From the NCBI GenBank assembly GCA_918234285.1, contig CAKJXZ020000036.1, positions 1-52,227 on the forward strand: a stretch of DNA of 52,227 nt, in the 5' to 3' direction. The stretch is from Pseudomonadota bacterium (GTDB lineage: Bacteria > Pseudomonadota > Alphaproteobacteria > RF32 > CAG-239). Positions 17,773 through 26,997 of the stretch are shown piece after piece. Below the pieces are notes generated by a model that had not been told where the DNA came from, ran no database searches, and saw only the letters and a list, made by a program, of their open reading frames with translations. The translations under genes and the position numbers were made by a program. How positions within the stretch are numbered: the stretch's first letter is position 1; every line of letters starts with the position of its first letter.

Positions 17773-18663
17773 ATGTATAAAAGTCCAGAGGTATGTGTTT
17801 TACCGGTGGCGGGTTTGTCGACACGCAATCTGCCAACCACCAAAGTTTTGCATAAGGGATTTATGACACTTAATAATAAGCCGGTTATCCAGTATGCCGT
17901 TGATTCGTGCGCGGAAGCCGGTATAAAAGAAATCGTATTTATATACAGTGATGACGCTTGTAAAAACATGTTTGCAAAATATTATGCGCCGGCACCTGAA
18001 TTGGAGGCGCATCTGAAGGCAAAGCACAAAGATGATTTGTTGAAAAGCTTGCTGGAAATTATTCCGGCCGGTATGAAATTCTCTTTTGCGTGTCAAAGCG
18101 AGCCTAAGGGTAACGGGCATGCCATTTTGATGGCCAAGGAAATAATAGGCGATCGTGATTTTGCCGTGATGTGGGTGGATGATGTTTATATCAATTTACA
18201 CGGTGACGGTGTTTTGAAGCAATTATGCGATGTTTATGCCGAAAGAGGAGGTATTGTCGAGAATATTATGGAATGTCCGCGTGAAGAAATGGTGCGTTAC
18301 GGAGCATTAGTCGGGGCTAAGCGCGACGGTAATATCGTCAGAGCTTCTGGTTTGGTCGAAAAACCGAAGCTGGAAGAGGTGCCATCAAATTATGCCTCGA
18401 TGGGGCCATACATTATTCCGAATGTTGTTTTGGATATTCTGCCGGAAGTAAGCAAAGGCTCCAACGGTGAAATCAATTTGACCGATGCTCTTAATTTGGC
18501 TGCCATACGCGGTACACCTATTTATGGCGTTTTAACCAAGGGTATGCGCTTTGATTGCGGCACCAATGTCGATTTGCAAAAAGCCGACATCAAACTGAGC
18601 CTGATGAACAGCGGTGAGTTGCGTGCTTATACTCGTAATTTACTGGATACTATGGATATTTAA
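17773..18663 (+). CDS. galU: UTP--glucose-1-phosphate uridylyltransferase-like nucleotidyltransferase
   Basis: PVAGL.TR.LP.TK, Q.EPKG.GHAIL.A, LVEKP, GEI.LTDA, RFDCG. Confidence 0.85.
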   Translation: MYKSPEVCVLPVAGLSTRNLPTTKVLHKGFMTLNNKPVIQYAVDSCAEAGIKEIVFIYSDDACKNMFAKYYAPAPELEAHLKAKHKDDLLKSLLEIIPAGMKFSFACQSEPKGNGHAILMAKEIIGDRDFAVMWVDDVYINLHGDGVLKQLCDVYAERGGIVENIMECPREEMVRYGALVGAKRDGNIVRASGLVEKPKLEEVPSNYASMGPYIIPNVVLDILPEVSKGSNGEINLTDALNLAAIRGTPIYGVLTKGMRFDCGTNVDLQKADIKLSLMNSGELRAYTRNLLDTMDI

Positions 18664-18692
18664 AGGCTATTGTCAGGTAAGTCTCAGACAAT

Positions 18693-18730
18693 AAAAAAAG
18701 AGTTCCGTATTATCGGAACTCTTTTTTTTT
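18693..18730. terminator. Bidirectional rho-independent terminator
   Basis: AAAAAAAGAGTTCCG-loop-CGGAACTCTTTTTTT between convergent genes. Confidence 0.9.
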
Positions 18731-18746
18731 GCGGTAATTTATCGCT

Positions 18747-19400
18747 TTATTGCTGCGGAGCTTGTTGAGCCGGAGCTTGCTGCTGAGCAGGAGCTTGCTG
18801 CTGTTGTTGTGCCGGAGCTTGTTTGGTGTCATCTTCTTCCGCATCAAGTTTAGGATTAATCAACACATCAATCAGCTTCGGATAAGCGAATTCTTCAGAG
18901 CACGGAACCGTAAATTCGGCACGAGTACGCGGAGCCATTTCCCACGCATCGGCGGTACCTTCGGCCACACTCTTTCCGGTCGGACCATAGAACACCAGTT
19001 TAACCTTAATATGTTCGTAGTGGTTGTTTGTGCCGTTTTCAATGTATCCGCAAGCAGAAGCATTACATTTTTTCAGGTCATAAACGCGTAACCCGTCTTT
19101 TTCGTAGGCATTGTTTGTAATATATGCCTTACCCGATTCTTCAACTTCCGCTTCTCCGGATGGCGAAAAGACAAAATACAGTCCCGCCAGAACCACAATC
19201 AATATGGCAGTCAGCGGAATTCTGTGTCCCTTCACTTCAATATATCTGCCTTTAAGGTTGTTGGCATAAAAAGCCTTGGTCATCGGCCACAGTTCGTACA
19301 AAGCGGAGCCGAACTTACCTTGTTTCAGCAAACTGAAAAAGTTTTTGCAATAATCCCATGTTTTCATGGTTTGTTCAATAGTGTCATTTTGGTTACTCAT
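18747..19400 (-). CDS. Membrane-anchored FxLYD-like Ig-fold protein with Q/A/P tail
   Basis: TM helix, G.IEN.T...Y..IKV...FY...G..V..G pattern and C-terminal QAPAQQ repeats. Confidence 0.6.
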   Translation of the reverse strand: MSNQNDTIEQTMKTWDYCKNFFSLLKQGKFGSALYELWPMTKAFYANNLKGRYIEVKGHRIPLTAILIVVLAGLYFVFSPSGEAEVEESGKAYITNNAYEKDGLRVYDLKKCNASACGYIENGTNNHYEHIKVKLVFYGPTGKSVAEGTADAWEMAPRTRAEFTVPCSEEFAYPKLIDVLINPKLDAEEDDTKQAPAQQQQQAPAQQQAPAQQAPQQ

Positions 19401-19489
19401 GATGCATCCTTTATATGTTTATATTTTCTTCATGCTATCGCAAAAATCTTGATAAATTGTTAATATACGCATTTTACCTTGAGATTATT

Positions 19490-20449
19490 TTACGGTGTAT
19501 CAAACAACGGTATTCCGCGACTCAAGCGAACACGTTGGGTTTCAATGGTAGTCGCCAGATTTAATTTACCGCTTTTGACAATACCGCGAACCTGGTCGCC
19601 GGCTGACGTATCCGGATTGGCGAAAACATATTCGATTTTCGGGTGCTTCGGAACTCCGACCAAAGTTTGGTGTAACACACCCAAAATACCGTTGCCCACC
19701 AAGTCGTACGACATTTCTTCGGAAATACCGCTGGCAGCGGCATATTTAACCACCGAGTGTACGGCATCGGTAACGGTTGCCGCGTGGATTGACGATAATA
19801 CCAAGTGGCCGGAAATGGCAGCACGCAAAGCTTCTGAAGCAACATCCGGATCACGAATCTCTCCCAAATAAACATAACGCGGCTTCGAACGTAACATGGA
19901 CTTCAAACCGTTCTGCCAAGATCCGCCCGGAGGTGTCATCTGTTTACAAATTCCGAGTTCGCCGTTAATCGTTTGATAGGTTCCGTCAAGAGGCATTTCC
20001 ACCGGATCTTCAAGCGTGAAAGCATAACCGCCTTCGCGTACCAACCATTCGCGCAACAGTGCGGAAAGAGTCGTCGTTTTACCGGAACCGGTGGTACCGG
20101 CAACCAACAACAATCCGGAGGCACCGCTCAACGAGATAAGATAGCGTAATAAACGTTCGTCAATTCCGAGGGTGTTAATATCCGGTATGGAGTGTGGCAT
20201 TTTACGGGCGCAGAATTGCTCGCCGTCAATGGTAACCGTTCTTTCCACACGATAGTTGCGCCCTTTGTAGCGCACCAAAAAGCTCGGATTGGAGCCGTCG
20301 TAAGTGTCTTTAAGTGCCTGATAAAATTCTTCGTAATCATCCGGGTGCGTCGGAACTAAGCCGCTGGGTGTTTTTTGCCCCCAAATATAGCCGGTTCCGT
20401 CCGGAATGATGTAAATATCGGAAAAGTCCGTATCGTTTACTGTTGCCAT
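19490..20449 (-). CDS. PilT/DotB-like secretion ATPase (T2SS/T4P/T4SS ATPase family)
   Basis: Walker A GTTGSGKTT, Asp box TLEDPVE, LRSKP.YVYLGEIRD, His box SGHLVLSSIHA. Confidence 0.88.
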   Translation of the reverse strand: MATVNDTDFSDIYIIPDGTGYIWGQKTPSGLVPTHPDDYEEFYQALKDTYDGSNPSFLVRYKGRNYRVERTVTIDGEQFCARKMPHSIPDINTLGIDERLLRYLISLSGASGLLLVAGTTGSGKTTTLSALLREWLVREGGYAFTLEDPVEMPLDGTYQTINGELGICKQMTPPGGSWQNGLKSMLRSKPRYVYLGEIRDPDVASEALRAAISGHLVLSSIHAATVTDAVHSVVKYAAASGISEEMSYDLVGNGILGVLHQTLVGVPKHPKIEYVFANPDTSAGDQVRGIVKSGKLNLATTIETQRVRLSRGIPLFDTP

Positions 20450-20685
20450 ATCTATAATCCTTACAAAAATTAAAACTGGTTGTATCGTAAAATCTTTTTT
20501 TAAATTATGCTATACCCGCGAAAGTTATCCACAGAAAAAGCGCGGTAAAACATCGTTTAGCTCCCTAAATAATCATTAGTTTCCTTAGGGAAACCACATG
20601 TGTATAAATTTAAATGTTTACGCATTACGTGCCCGGTGTTAGCTTTATAGGCGTGAGTTTAATAAAGTAATACAAGAGAGGACTA

Positions 20686-21936
20686 ATGAAAAAACTTTAT
20701 TTAATGACAGCTCTTGCCGCGATTTTGGGCGCACACAATGCCAATGCGGCAGGTTATCAACTTAATGAATTTTCTACAACCAACTTGGGCCGTTCGTTTG
20801 CCGGTATCGGCGTGGTCGGCGATGACTTTTCCGCTTTGGGTTATAACCCGGCCGGTATGACCGCACAAAAACGTTCCGGCGCACAAGTCGGCTTGACTTT
20901 AACCGAAATTGCCGCCAAAGCCAAAAGCGAGCAGGGTACCGATAAGATGGATTATTTTGTGCCGCTGCCGAGCGTTATGGGACAATATAATTATAACGAC
21001 AAAGCTTTCTTCGGTTTGGGTATTTATGTTCCGTACGGACTTTCTACCAAATATAAGCACGACAGCTATGTAGCAGAATCTTTGGGCGGTGCGCGCAAAT
21101 CCGAATTGGAAGTTGTTGATACCAACTTCTCGGCCGCTTATCGCTTTGATATGGGCCTGTCACTCGGTGCCAGCGCTATCTTGCGTTACATCAAAGGTCA
21201 GCTGACCAGTAATGTGAATACAGATAAATTGGGACCTACCATGAATATCGGTTACAATGATTATCGTGTTAAAGGCTGGACCCAAACATGGCAACTCGGT
21301 GCAATGTATGATTTTGATGAAAATACCCGCATTGGCTTGGCTTATCGCTTTAAGAGTACGCAGCATGCGCATGGCAAACAATACATTTATATGAATGGTT
21401 ATGGACAGATGGCTGGGTATCCGGAATTTATGCGTTTTGATACCATGGCTGACCCGGAATTGCCGGCCAGCTGGATTCTTTCCGGATATCATAAATGGAG
21501 CGATAAGTGGGCAACCGAAGCTACCGTTAAATATATTCAATGGCATCGTTTCTACACGTTCCCGTGCAAGGCTTCGGGTTCTCCGCTTAACGGTGGCAAC
21601 TATGATGTGGAATATCGCTGGAAAGACTCTTGGACCTTTGCTCTCGGTCAGGAATATTATGCCAACGAAAATTGGACCTTCCGTGCCGGTACCGCTTGGG
21701 ACCAAGCACCGACTGCCAACAACAATTTCCGCACTAATCGTATTCCGGATGCCGACCGTATTTGGCTCTCTGCCGGTGCCAGTTACGCCACGGGCCATCA
21801 TCAAATCGATTTGGGCTATGCCTTCTTAACCATGATGCACGGTCGTGTTCGCGATCACTATCAGGGTGGTGATTTAGACGCAAAATATCACAACCATAGT
21901 AATATGTTCTCTTTAACATATCAATATAAGTTTTAA
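20686..21936 (+). CDS. fadL: FadL/OmpP1 family outer-membrane transporter
   Basis: Signal peptide, AGYQLNEFS..LGRSFAG, YNPAG, RIPDADRIW and C-terminal YKF. Confidence 0.9.
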   Translation: MKKLYLMTALAAILGAHNANAAGYQLNEFSTTNLGRSFAGIGVVGDDFSALGYNPAGMTAQKRSGAQVGLTLTEIAAKAKSEQGTDKMDYFVPLPSVMGQYNYNDKAFFGLGIYVPYGLSTKYKHDSYVAESLGGARKSELEVVDTNFSAAYRFDMGLSLGASAILRYIKGQLTSNVNTDKLGPTMNIGYNDYRVKGWTQTWQLGAMYDFDENTRIGLAYRFKSTQHAHGKQYIYMNGYGQMAGYPEFMRFDTMADPELPASWILSGYHKWSDKWATEATVKYIQWHRFYTFPCKASGSPLNGGNYDVEYRWKDSWTFALGQEYYANENWTFRAGTAWDQAPTANNNFRTNRIPDADRIWLSAGASYATGHHQIDLGYAFLTMMHGRVRDHYQGGDLDAKYHNHSNMFSLTYQYKF

Positions 21937-21960
21937 AATCCGTATAATGGGTAACTACTT

Positions 21961-22344
21961 GTAAGCGGGTTGGCTTATGTACTATTTGTGTACACCGCGC
22001 CAACCCGCTTACTTCGTATTTACCGCATTCTCCGGATTTTTAACAGGAATGTGCCTGTTTTATCGTGTACTTCTTTTGTACACGTCGCCGGAGGAACAAA
22101 AACAACCTCAAAATGTTGTTTTTGGACGACGGGCGAAGACCACTTAATGAGACGGAACGGAAGCGACGGCGAATTTAGTGGACGAGTGACCGAAGCAAGC
22201 CGTAGGCGTAGCAAGAAAAAAAACCCTTCGTATTTACCGCATTCTCCGGATTTTTAACAGGAATGTGCCTGTTTTATCGTGTACCTTTTTCGTACACCGC
22301 GCCAACCCGCTTACTTCGTATTTACCGCATTCTTCGGATTTTTA
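21961..22344. repeat. Composite structured intergenic repeat (REP/REPIN-like)
   Basis: 59-bp direct repeat at 22012-22070/22226-22284 and 53-bp repeat at 21990-22042/22292-22344. Inverted repeat GTAAGCGGGTTGGC/GCCAACCCGCTTAC and GTAC-N-GTAC hairpins. Confidence 0.85.
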
Positions 22345-22448
22345 GGGGCTGTATTAATATCTCGTCAAACAGCTTGTTGATTAATCTTTCCGACCGGCTT
22401 GACATTCGTTTGGTTTCGGATAAACTGGCGTCTGATTGGGGAAAATAT

Positions 22449-23111
22449 ATGGTAAAATTAATTACTCCGGCTGAAGCAGTCGCGCTATTTAGAAATAACC
22501 AAACCGTCATGGTAGGCGGTTTTTTGAACTGCGGTTCGCCGGAGTTGGTAATTGATGAACTGCTCAAAACCGACCTTTCAGGTTTTACGTTGATTGCCAA
22601 CGACACCGGTGTGGCCGATGCCAATCGCGGCAAGTTGGTGTATGCCGGCAAAATCAAAAAAGCCATAGTGTCGCATATCGGCACCAATCCCGAAACGGTA
22701 CGTCTTTATAACGAAGGTAAAATCGAAATTGATTTACAACCGCAAGGTTCGTTGGCCGAGCGTGTTCGTGCCGGCGGGGCTGGGTTGGGCGGAGTTTTGA
22801 CCCCGGTCGGCGTTGGTACCGAGGTGGCTAAAGACAAACAAATCATTGCGGTTAACGGTAAAGACTATTTGCTGGAAACTCCTCTTCATGCCGATATTGC
22901 GTTGGTTTATGCCACTTATGCCGACAGGTTCGGTAATTTATCCTTTCATGGTTCCACCCGTAATTTTAATGCGTTGATGCCGGCGGCTGCCGACGTGGTT
23001 ATTGCCGAAGTCGAGCATATCTCCGATGAGCCGCTGAATCCCGACCATATCGCGGTGCCGGGGATTTACGTCGACTATCTGATTGACGGAGGTCGCGATG
23101 GAACTCTCTAA
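22449..23111 (+). CDS. atoD: Acetate/3-oxoacid CoA-transferase alpha subunit
   Basis: MVGGF..CG.P, IANDT, SHIGTNPE, PQGSLAER.RAGGAGLGG, RNFN. Confidence 0.9.
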   Translation: MVKLITPAEAVALFRNNQTVMVGGFLNCGSPELVIDELLKTDLSGFTLIANDTGVADANRGKLVYAGKIKKAIVSHIGTNPETVRLYNEGKIEIDLQPQGSLAERVRAGGAGLGGVLTPVGVGTEVAKDKQIIAVNGKDYLLETPLHADIALVYATYADRFGNLSFHGSTRNFNALMPAAADVVIAEVEHISDEPLNPDHIAVPGIYVDYLIDGGRDGTL

Positions 23112-23745
23112 GGAACAAATTCAGGACATTATAGCCCGCAGAGTGGCCGAAGAATTGCATGACGGCGATGTGGTTACGCTCGGTATCGGGCTGCCGACTA
23201 AGGCGGTGAGATACTTGCCGCAGGGGGTTAACATCATAATTCAATCGGAAAACGGAGTGTTGGGTGTCGGCGGGTATCAAGACGATGCAACGCGCGATTG
23301 CCATATCGTCAATGCCGGCGGTTTTGGGGTAACGCTTAATCCCGGCGGCTGCTTTCTCGACAGTCTGGCCTCTTTTTCCATGATGCGCGGCGGTCATATC
23401 GACATTACGGTGCTGGGGGCATTGCAGGTTGATGTTGAGGGAAACTTGGCTAACTGGTGTATTCCGGGCAAATATACTCCGGGAATGGGCGGAGCCATGG
23501 ATTTGGTGGTCGGTACCAAGCGGTTGATTATTGCGATGGAACATACGGCCAAAGGTGCACCGAAAGTTTTGCAAAAATGCACTCTGCCGCTGACGGCGGT
23601 GCATAAGGTGAACCGTATTATTACCGAAAAAGCGGTGTTTGATGTTATGTCGAACGGTTTGGTTTTACGCGAGATAAGCCCTTATTCTTCGCTTGAAGAT
23701 ATTCGCAACTCTACTGCCGCTGACTTTGCGCTTGATTTGAAATAA
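23098..23745 (+). CDS. atoA: Acetate/3-oxoacid CoA-transferase beta subunit
   Basis: IARRVA.EL.DG..V.LGIGLPT, QSENG, RGGHID, GMGGAMDL. Confidence 0.9.
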   Translation: MELSKEQIQDIIARRVAEELHDGDVVTLGIGLPTKAVRYLPQGVNIIIQSENGVLGVGGYQDDATRDCHIVNAGGFGVTLNPGGCFLDSLASFSMMRGGHIDITVLGALQVDVEGNLANWCIPGKYTPGMGGAMDLVVGTKRLIIAMEHTAKGAPKVLQKCTLPLTAVHKVNRIITEKAVFDVMSNGLVLREISPYSSLEDIRNSTAADFALDLK

Positions 23746-23809
23746 TATTTGATAAAAAACAAGAGTTATGATAGAATTTTTGCATTGAGACGAAAATCGG
23801 GGATGAAAA

Positions 23810-24613
23810 ATGACGAATGTTTCGGTTATTTTGCCGGCATATAATTGCGAAGAATACATCAGACACACAATTCGCTCAGTGCAAAATCAGGATTACAGAA
23901 ACTGGGAGATGATAATTGTTAACGATGCTTCTACCGATAACACCGCAGCGGAAATAGCAGCGTTTGCCGATGCCGACCCGCGCATAAGAGTCATCACCTT
24001 GCCGGAAAATAAAGGGGTTGCTGCGGCGCGTAACATCGGAATTTCACAGGCAAAAGGACGTTTTTTGGCTTTTATCGATGCCGATGATTTATGGGGCAAA
24101 GAAAAGCTTTCAAAACAAATATTCTTTATGCATAAACATAATGCCGCGCTTTCGCACACTGCCTTCGGGTTTATAGACCGTGACGGCAATATGGCCAAAC
24201 AAGGGCAGAGCGGAGTTGATGAAGAAATTGATATGAAAACTTATTTGAACACCTCGCAAATTCGTATGTCTTCGGTAATGATTGATCGCAAACGGGTTAA
24301 AGATGTGCATTTTCCGGACGATCGTAAAATTTGCGAAGATGCGCGGTTGTGGATGGACTACTTACGTTCAGGCGAGCATTTTTATGGTTTAAACGAGGTG
24401 TTGATGCTGTATCGTATACGACCTGAGCAATTAAGCCATCGCAAGGACAAAATGGCATGGGGTGCCTTTAAACGCTATATGAGAGAAAAGAGTCTGACTC
24501 CGGCGGAACGTATTTCCTGCTTTGCGCATTATGCTTGCAGTTCTCTGAAAATATGGCGCCCGAAGAAAAATGTTGATATGAAGTATATCAAAGATAATTT
24601 TAATTGTCGCTAG
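23810..24613 (+). CDS. GT2 family glycosyltransferase
   Basis: VSVILPAYN, VNDASTD, G.AAARN.G, AFIDADDLW. Confidence 0.92.
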   Translation: MTNVSVILPAYNCEEYIRHTIRSVQNQDYRNWEMIIVNDASTDNTAAEIAAFADADPRIRVITLPENKGVAAARNIGISQAKGRFLAFIDADDLWGKEKLSKQIFFMHKHNAALSHTAFGFIDRDGNMAKQGQSGVDEEIDMKTYLNTSQIRMSSVMIDRKRVKDVHFPDDRKICEDARLWMDYLRSGEHFYGLNEVLMLYRIRPEQLSHRKDKMAWGAFKRYMREKSLTPAERISCFAHYACSSLKIWRPKKNVDMKYIKDNFNCR

Positions 24614-24766
24614 TTTTCGTAACAGTCTTATTTGGATAGAGATAATGTCGCGGGTTTTTGCGGCATTTTGCGGTTTAAAATATTGTTTATAAATCATCAA
24701 ATGACGTGGTATTTACGCAAGTTTGCGCGTAAATTATAAACTGTGAAGATTTAGAGGGACCAGACC

Positions 24767-25651
24767 ATGAAGGGAATATTGCTCGCCGGCGGTAGCGGTT
24801 CGCGTTTGTATCCGCTGACAAAAACGACATCAAAACAGCTCTTACCGGTGTATGATAAGCCGATGATTTACTATCCGCTGTCAACACTGATGTTGTTCGG
24901 AATAAAGGATATTTTGATTATTTCAACTCCGCAGGATACTCCTAATATCGAAAAACTGTTCGGAGACGGTAAAATGCTGGGGCTTAATATAAGTTATGCC
25001 GTGCAGAATGAGCCTAAAGGGATTGCGCAGGCCTTTACTATCGGTGCGGATTTTGTAGGCAATGATGATGTGTGCCTGATTTTGGGCGATAACATCTTTT
25101 ATATGGGACAGCAATTCCACAGTTTTAAGGAAGAAGTAAAAAACAATTGCGGCAAACGTGCCACGATTTTTGCACATCACGTTTCCGATCCGGAGCGTTT
25201 CGGAGTGGTGGAATTTGATAGGGACAATCACGTGCTGTCGATTGAAGAAAAACCAAAACAGCCGAAGTCAAATTATGCCTCGGTCGGATTGTATTTTTAT
25301 CCGGCCGATGTGGTGGAAAAAGCGCGCAGATTGCAACCTTCGGCGCGGGGAGAATTGGAAATTACCGATTTAAACAATCTTTATTTGCAAGAAAAACGCC
25401 TTAATGTGGTGGTAATGCCGCGCGGCAATGCTTGGCTTGATGCCGGTACGCCGGACAGCCTGATGGATGCCGGACAGTTTGTGCAGATTATCGAAAAGCG
25501 GCAGGGTTTGAAAATCGCCTGTATTGAAGAAATCGCTTATCGTCGCGGTTTTATGAATGATGAACAGATGTCGGCACTTATCGCGTCGTTGAAAGACGGC
25601 AGCTATAAAAAATATTTGCAGAAAGTGTATGAGGAAAAACATGAGTTTTAA
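24767..25651 (+). CDS. rfbA: Glucose-1-phosphate thymidylyltransferase
   Basis: GILLAGGSGSRLYPLT...SKQLLPVYDKPMIYYPL, SARGELEITD. Confidence 0.97.
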   Translation: MKGILLAGGSGSRLYPLTKTTSKQLLPVYDKPMIYYPLSTLMLFGIKDILIISTPQDTPNIEKLFGDGKMLGLNISYAVQNEPKGIAQAFTIGADFVGNDDVCLILGDNIFYMGQQFHSFKEEVKNNCGKRATIFAHHVSDPERFGVVEFDRDNHVLSIEEKPKQPKSNYASVGLYFYPADVVEKARRLQPSARGELEITDLNNLYLQEKRLNVVVMPRGNAWLDAGTPDSLMDAGQFVQIIEKRQGLKIACIEEIAYRRGFMNDEQMSALIASLKDGSYKKYLQKVYEEKHEF

Positions 25652-26195
25652 TTTCATCAAAACGGAAATAGACGGTGTTTATATCATTGAACCGCGGATT
25701 TTTGAAGATGCGCGCGGTTATTTTTTTGAGAGCTACAATGAAGCGGAATTTATCAAAAACGGCATAACCAATCGCTTTATTCAGGATAATCAATCTAAAT
25801 CGAGCTACGGGGTAATCCGCGGATTGCATTGTCAACTCGGGGAACACAGTCAGGCTAAATTGGTGCGGGTTCTGCAAGGTAAAGTATTGGATGTGGCGGT
25901 AGATATCCGTAAAGGTTCGCCTACTTTCGGTAAATACGTGGCGGTGGAATTATCGGCGGAAAATCAGCGTCAGTTGTTTATTCCGCGCCATTTTTTGCAC
26001 GGATTTTCGGTGCTCTCCGAAACCGCAGTGTTTGCTTATAAAGTTGATAATTTATATTGCAAAGAAGCCGAGTTCGGTATACGTTACGATGATCCGCAAA
26101 TCGGGGTTGATTGGCGGGTGCCGGCCGCTAAGGTGCTGACTTCGGAAAAAGACAGAATCGCGAAAGGGTTGAAAGATGTTCCTGATAACGGGTAG
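25641..26195 (+). CDS. rfbC: dTDP-4-dehydrorhamnose 3,5-epimerase
   Basis: D.RGYFFESY, QDN.S.S..GVIRGLH, DVAVDIR.GSPTFG. Confidence 0.96.
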   Translation: MSFNFIKTEIDGVYIIEPRIFEDARGYFFESYNEAEFIKNGITNRFIQDNQSKSSYGVIRGLHCQLGEHSQAKLVRVLQGKVLDVAVDIRKGSPTFGKYVAVELSAENQRQLFIPRHFLHGFSVLSETAVFAYKVDNLYCKEAEFGIRYDDPQIGVDWRVPAAKVLTSEKDRIAKGLKDVPDNG

Positions 26196-26997
26196 TAACG
26201 GTCAGCTCGGAACAGAACTTGCAAAGTTGCTGCCGCAAGCGCTTTTGACGGACGTTGCCGATTTGGATATTACCGATGAAGCAGCTGTTAAGGCGTATAT
26301 TGACGAACATAATGTCGATACCGTCATCAACTGCGCGGCATATACGGCGGTTGATAAGGCGGAAGATGATGAGGCGTCTGCGGCAAAAATCAATATTGAC
26401 GGGCCGCGCAATCTGGCAAAATCCGGTGCCAAAATAATCCATGTTTCGACCGATTATGTCTTTGACGGTTCGGGACATAAACCGTATCAGCCGGAAGACG
26501 TGGCTAATCCGCTGTCGGTTTACGGTCGCACCAAGCTGGCCGGTGAACGGGAAGTTTTGAAATATGCCGCAGAAGCGGTGATTATTCGCACGGCATGGCT
26601 TTATTCACCGTACGGCAATAATTTTGTGAAAACCATGCGTCGCTTGGGGACGGAAAGAGAGAGCCTGAATGTAGTGGCAGATCAAATCGGCACTCCGACT
26701 TATGCCGCCGATTTGGCCGCGGCAATTGTGCAAATTTTGCCGCAGATGAATGCTGCCAATAAAGGTGTATATCATTTTACAAACGAAGGAGTATGCTCGT
26801 GGTATGATTTTGCCCGCAAAATAATGGAATTATCGGGGCTGAAATGTCGTGTCAATCCGATATCGTCGGCGGAGTATCCGACCAGAGCAATTCGGCCGTT
26901 TTACAGTGTGCTTGATAAAAATAAAATCAAACAAACGTTCGGTATTAAAATCGAACATTGGGAAGAAGGACTAAAACAATGTCTAAAACAATTATGA
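26176..26997 (+). CDS. rfbD: dTDP-4-dehydrorhamnose reductase
   Basis: ITGSNGQLG, NCAAYTAVDKAE, STDYVFDG, YGRTK. Confidence 0.96.
   Translation: MFLITGSNGQLGTELAKLLPQALLTDVADLDITDEAAVKAYIDEHNVDTVINCAAYTAVDKAEDDEASAAKINIDGPRNLAKSGAKIIHVSTDYVFDGSGHKPYQPEDVANPLSVYGRTKLAGEREVLKYAAEAVIIRTAWLYSPYGNNFVKTMRRLGTERESLNVVADQIGTPTYAADLAAAIVQILPQMNAANKGVYHFTNEGVCSWYDFARKIMELSGLKCRVNPISSAEYPTRAIRPFYSVLDKNKIKQTFGIKIEHWEEGLKQCLKQL

Noticed and set aside
21961-22344. CRISPR array or protein-coding ORFs (21970..22257 and the 22263 extension of atoD)
   Set aside because: Spacing is irregular with only 2-3 copies. The ORFs are translations of palindromic repeats, and atoD homology starts at 22449.
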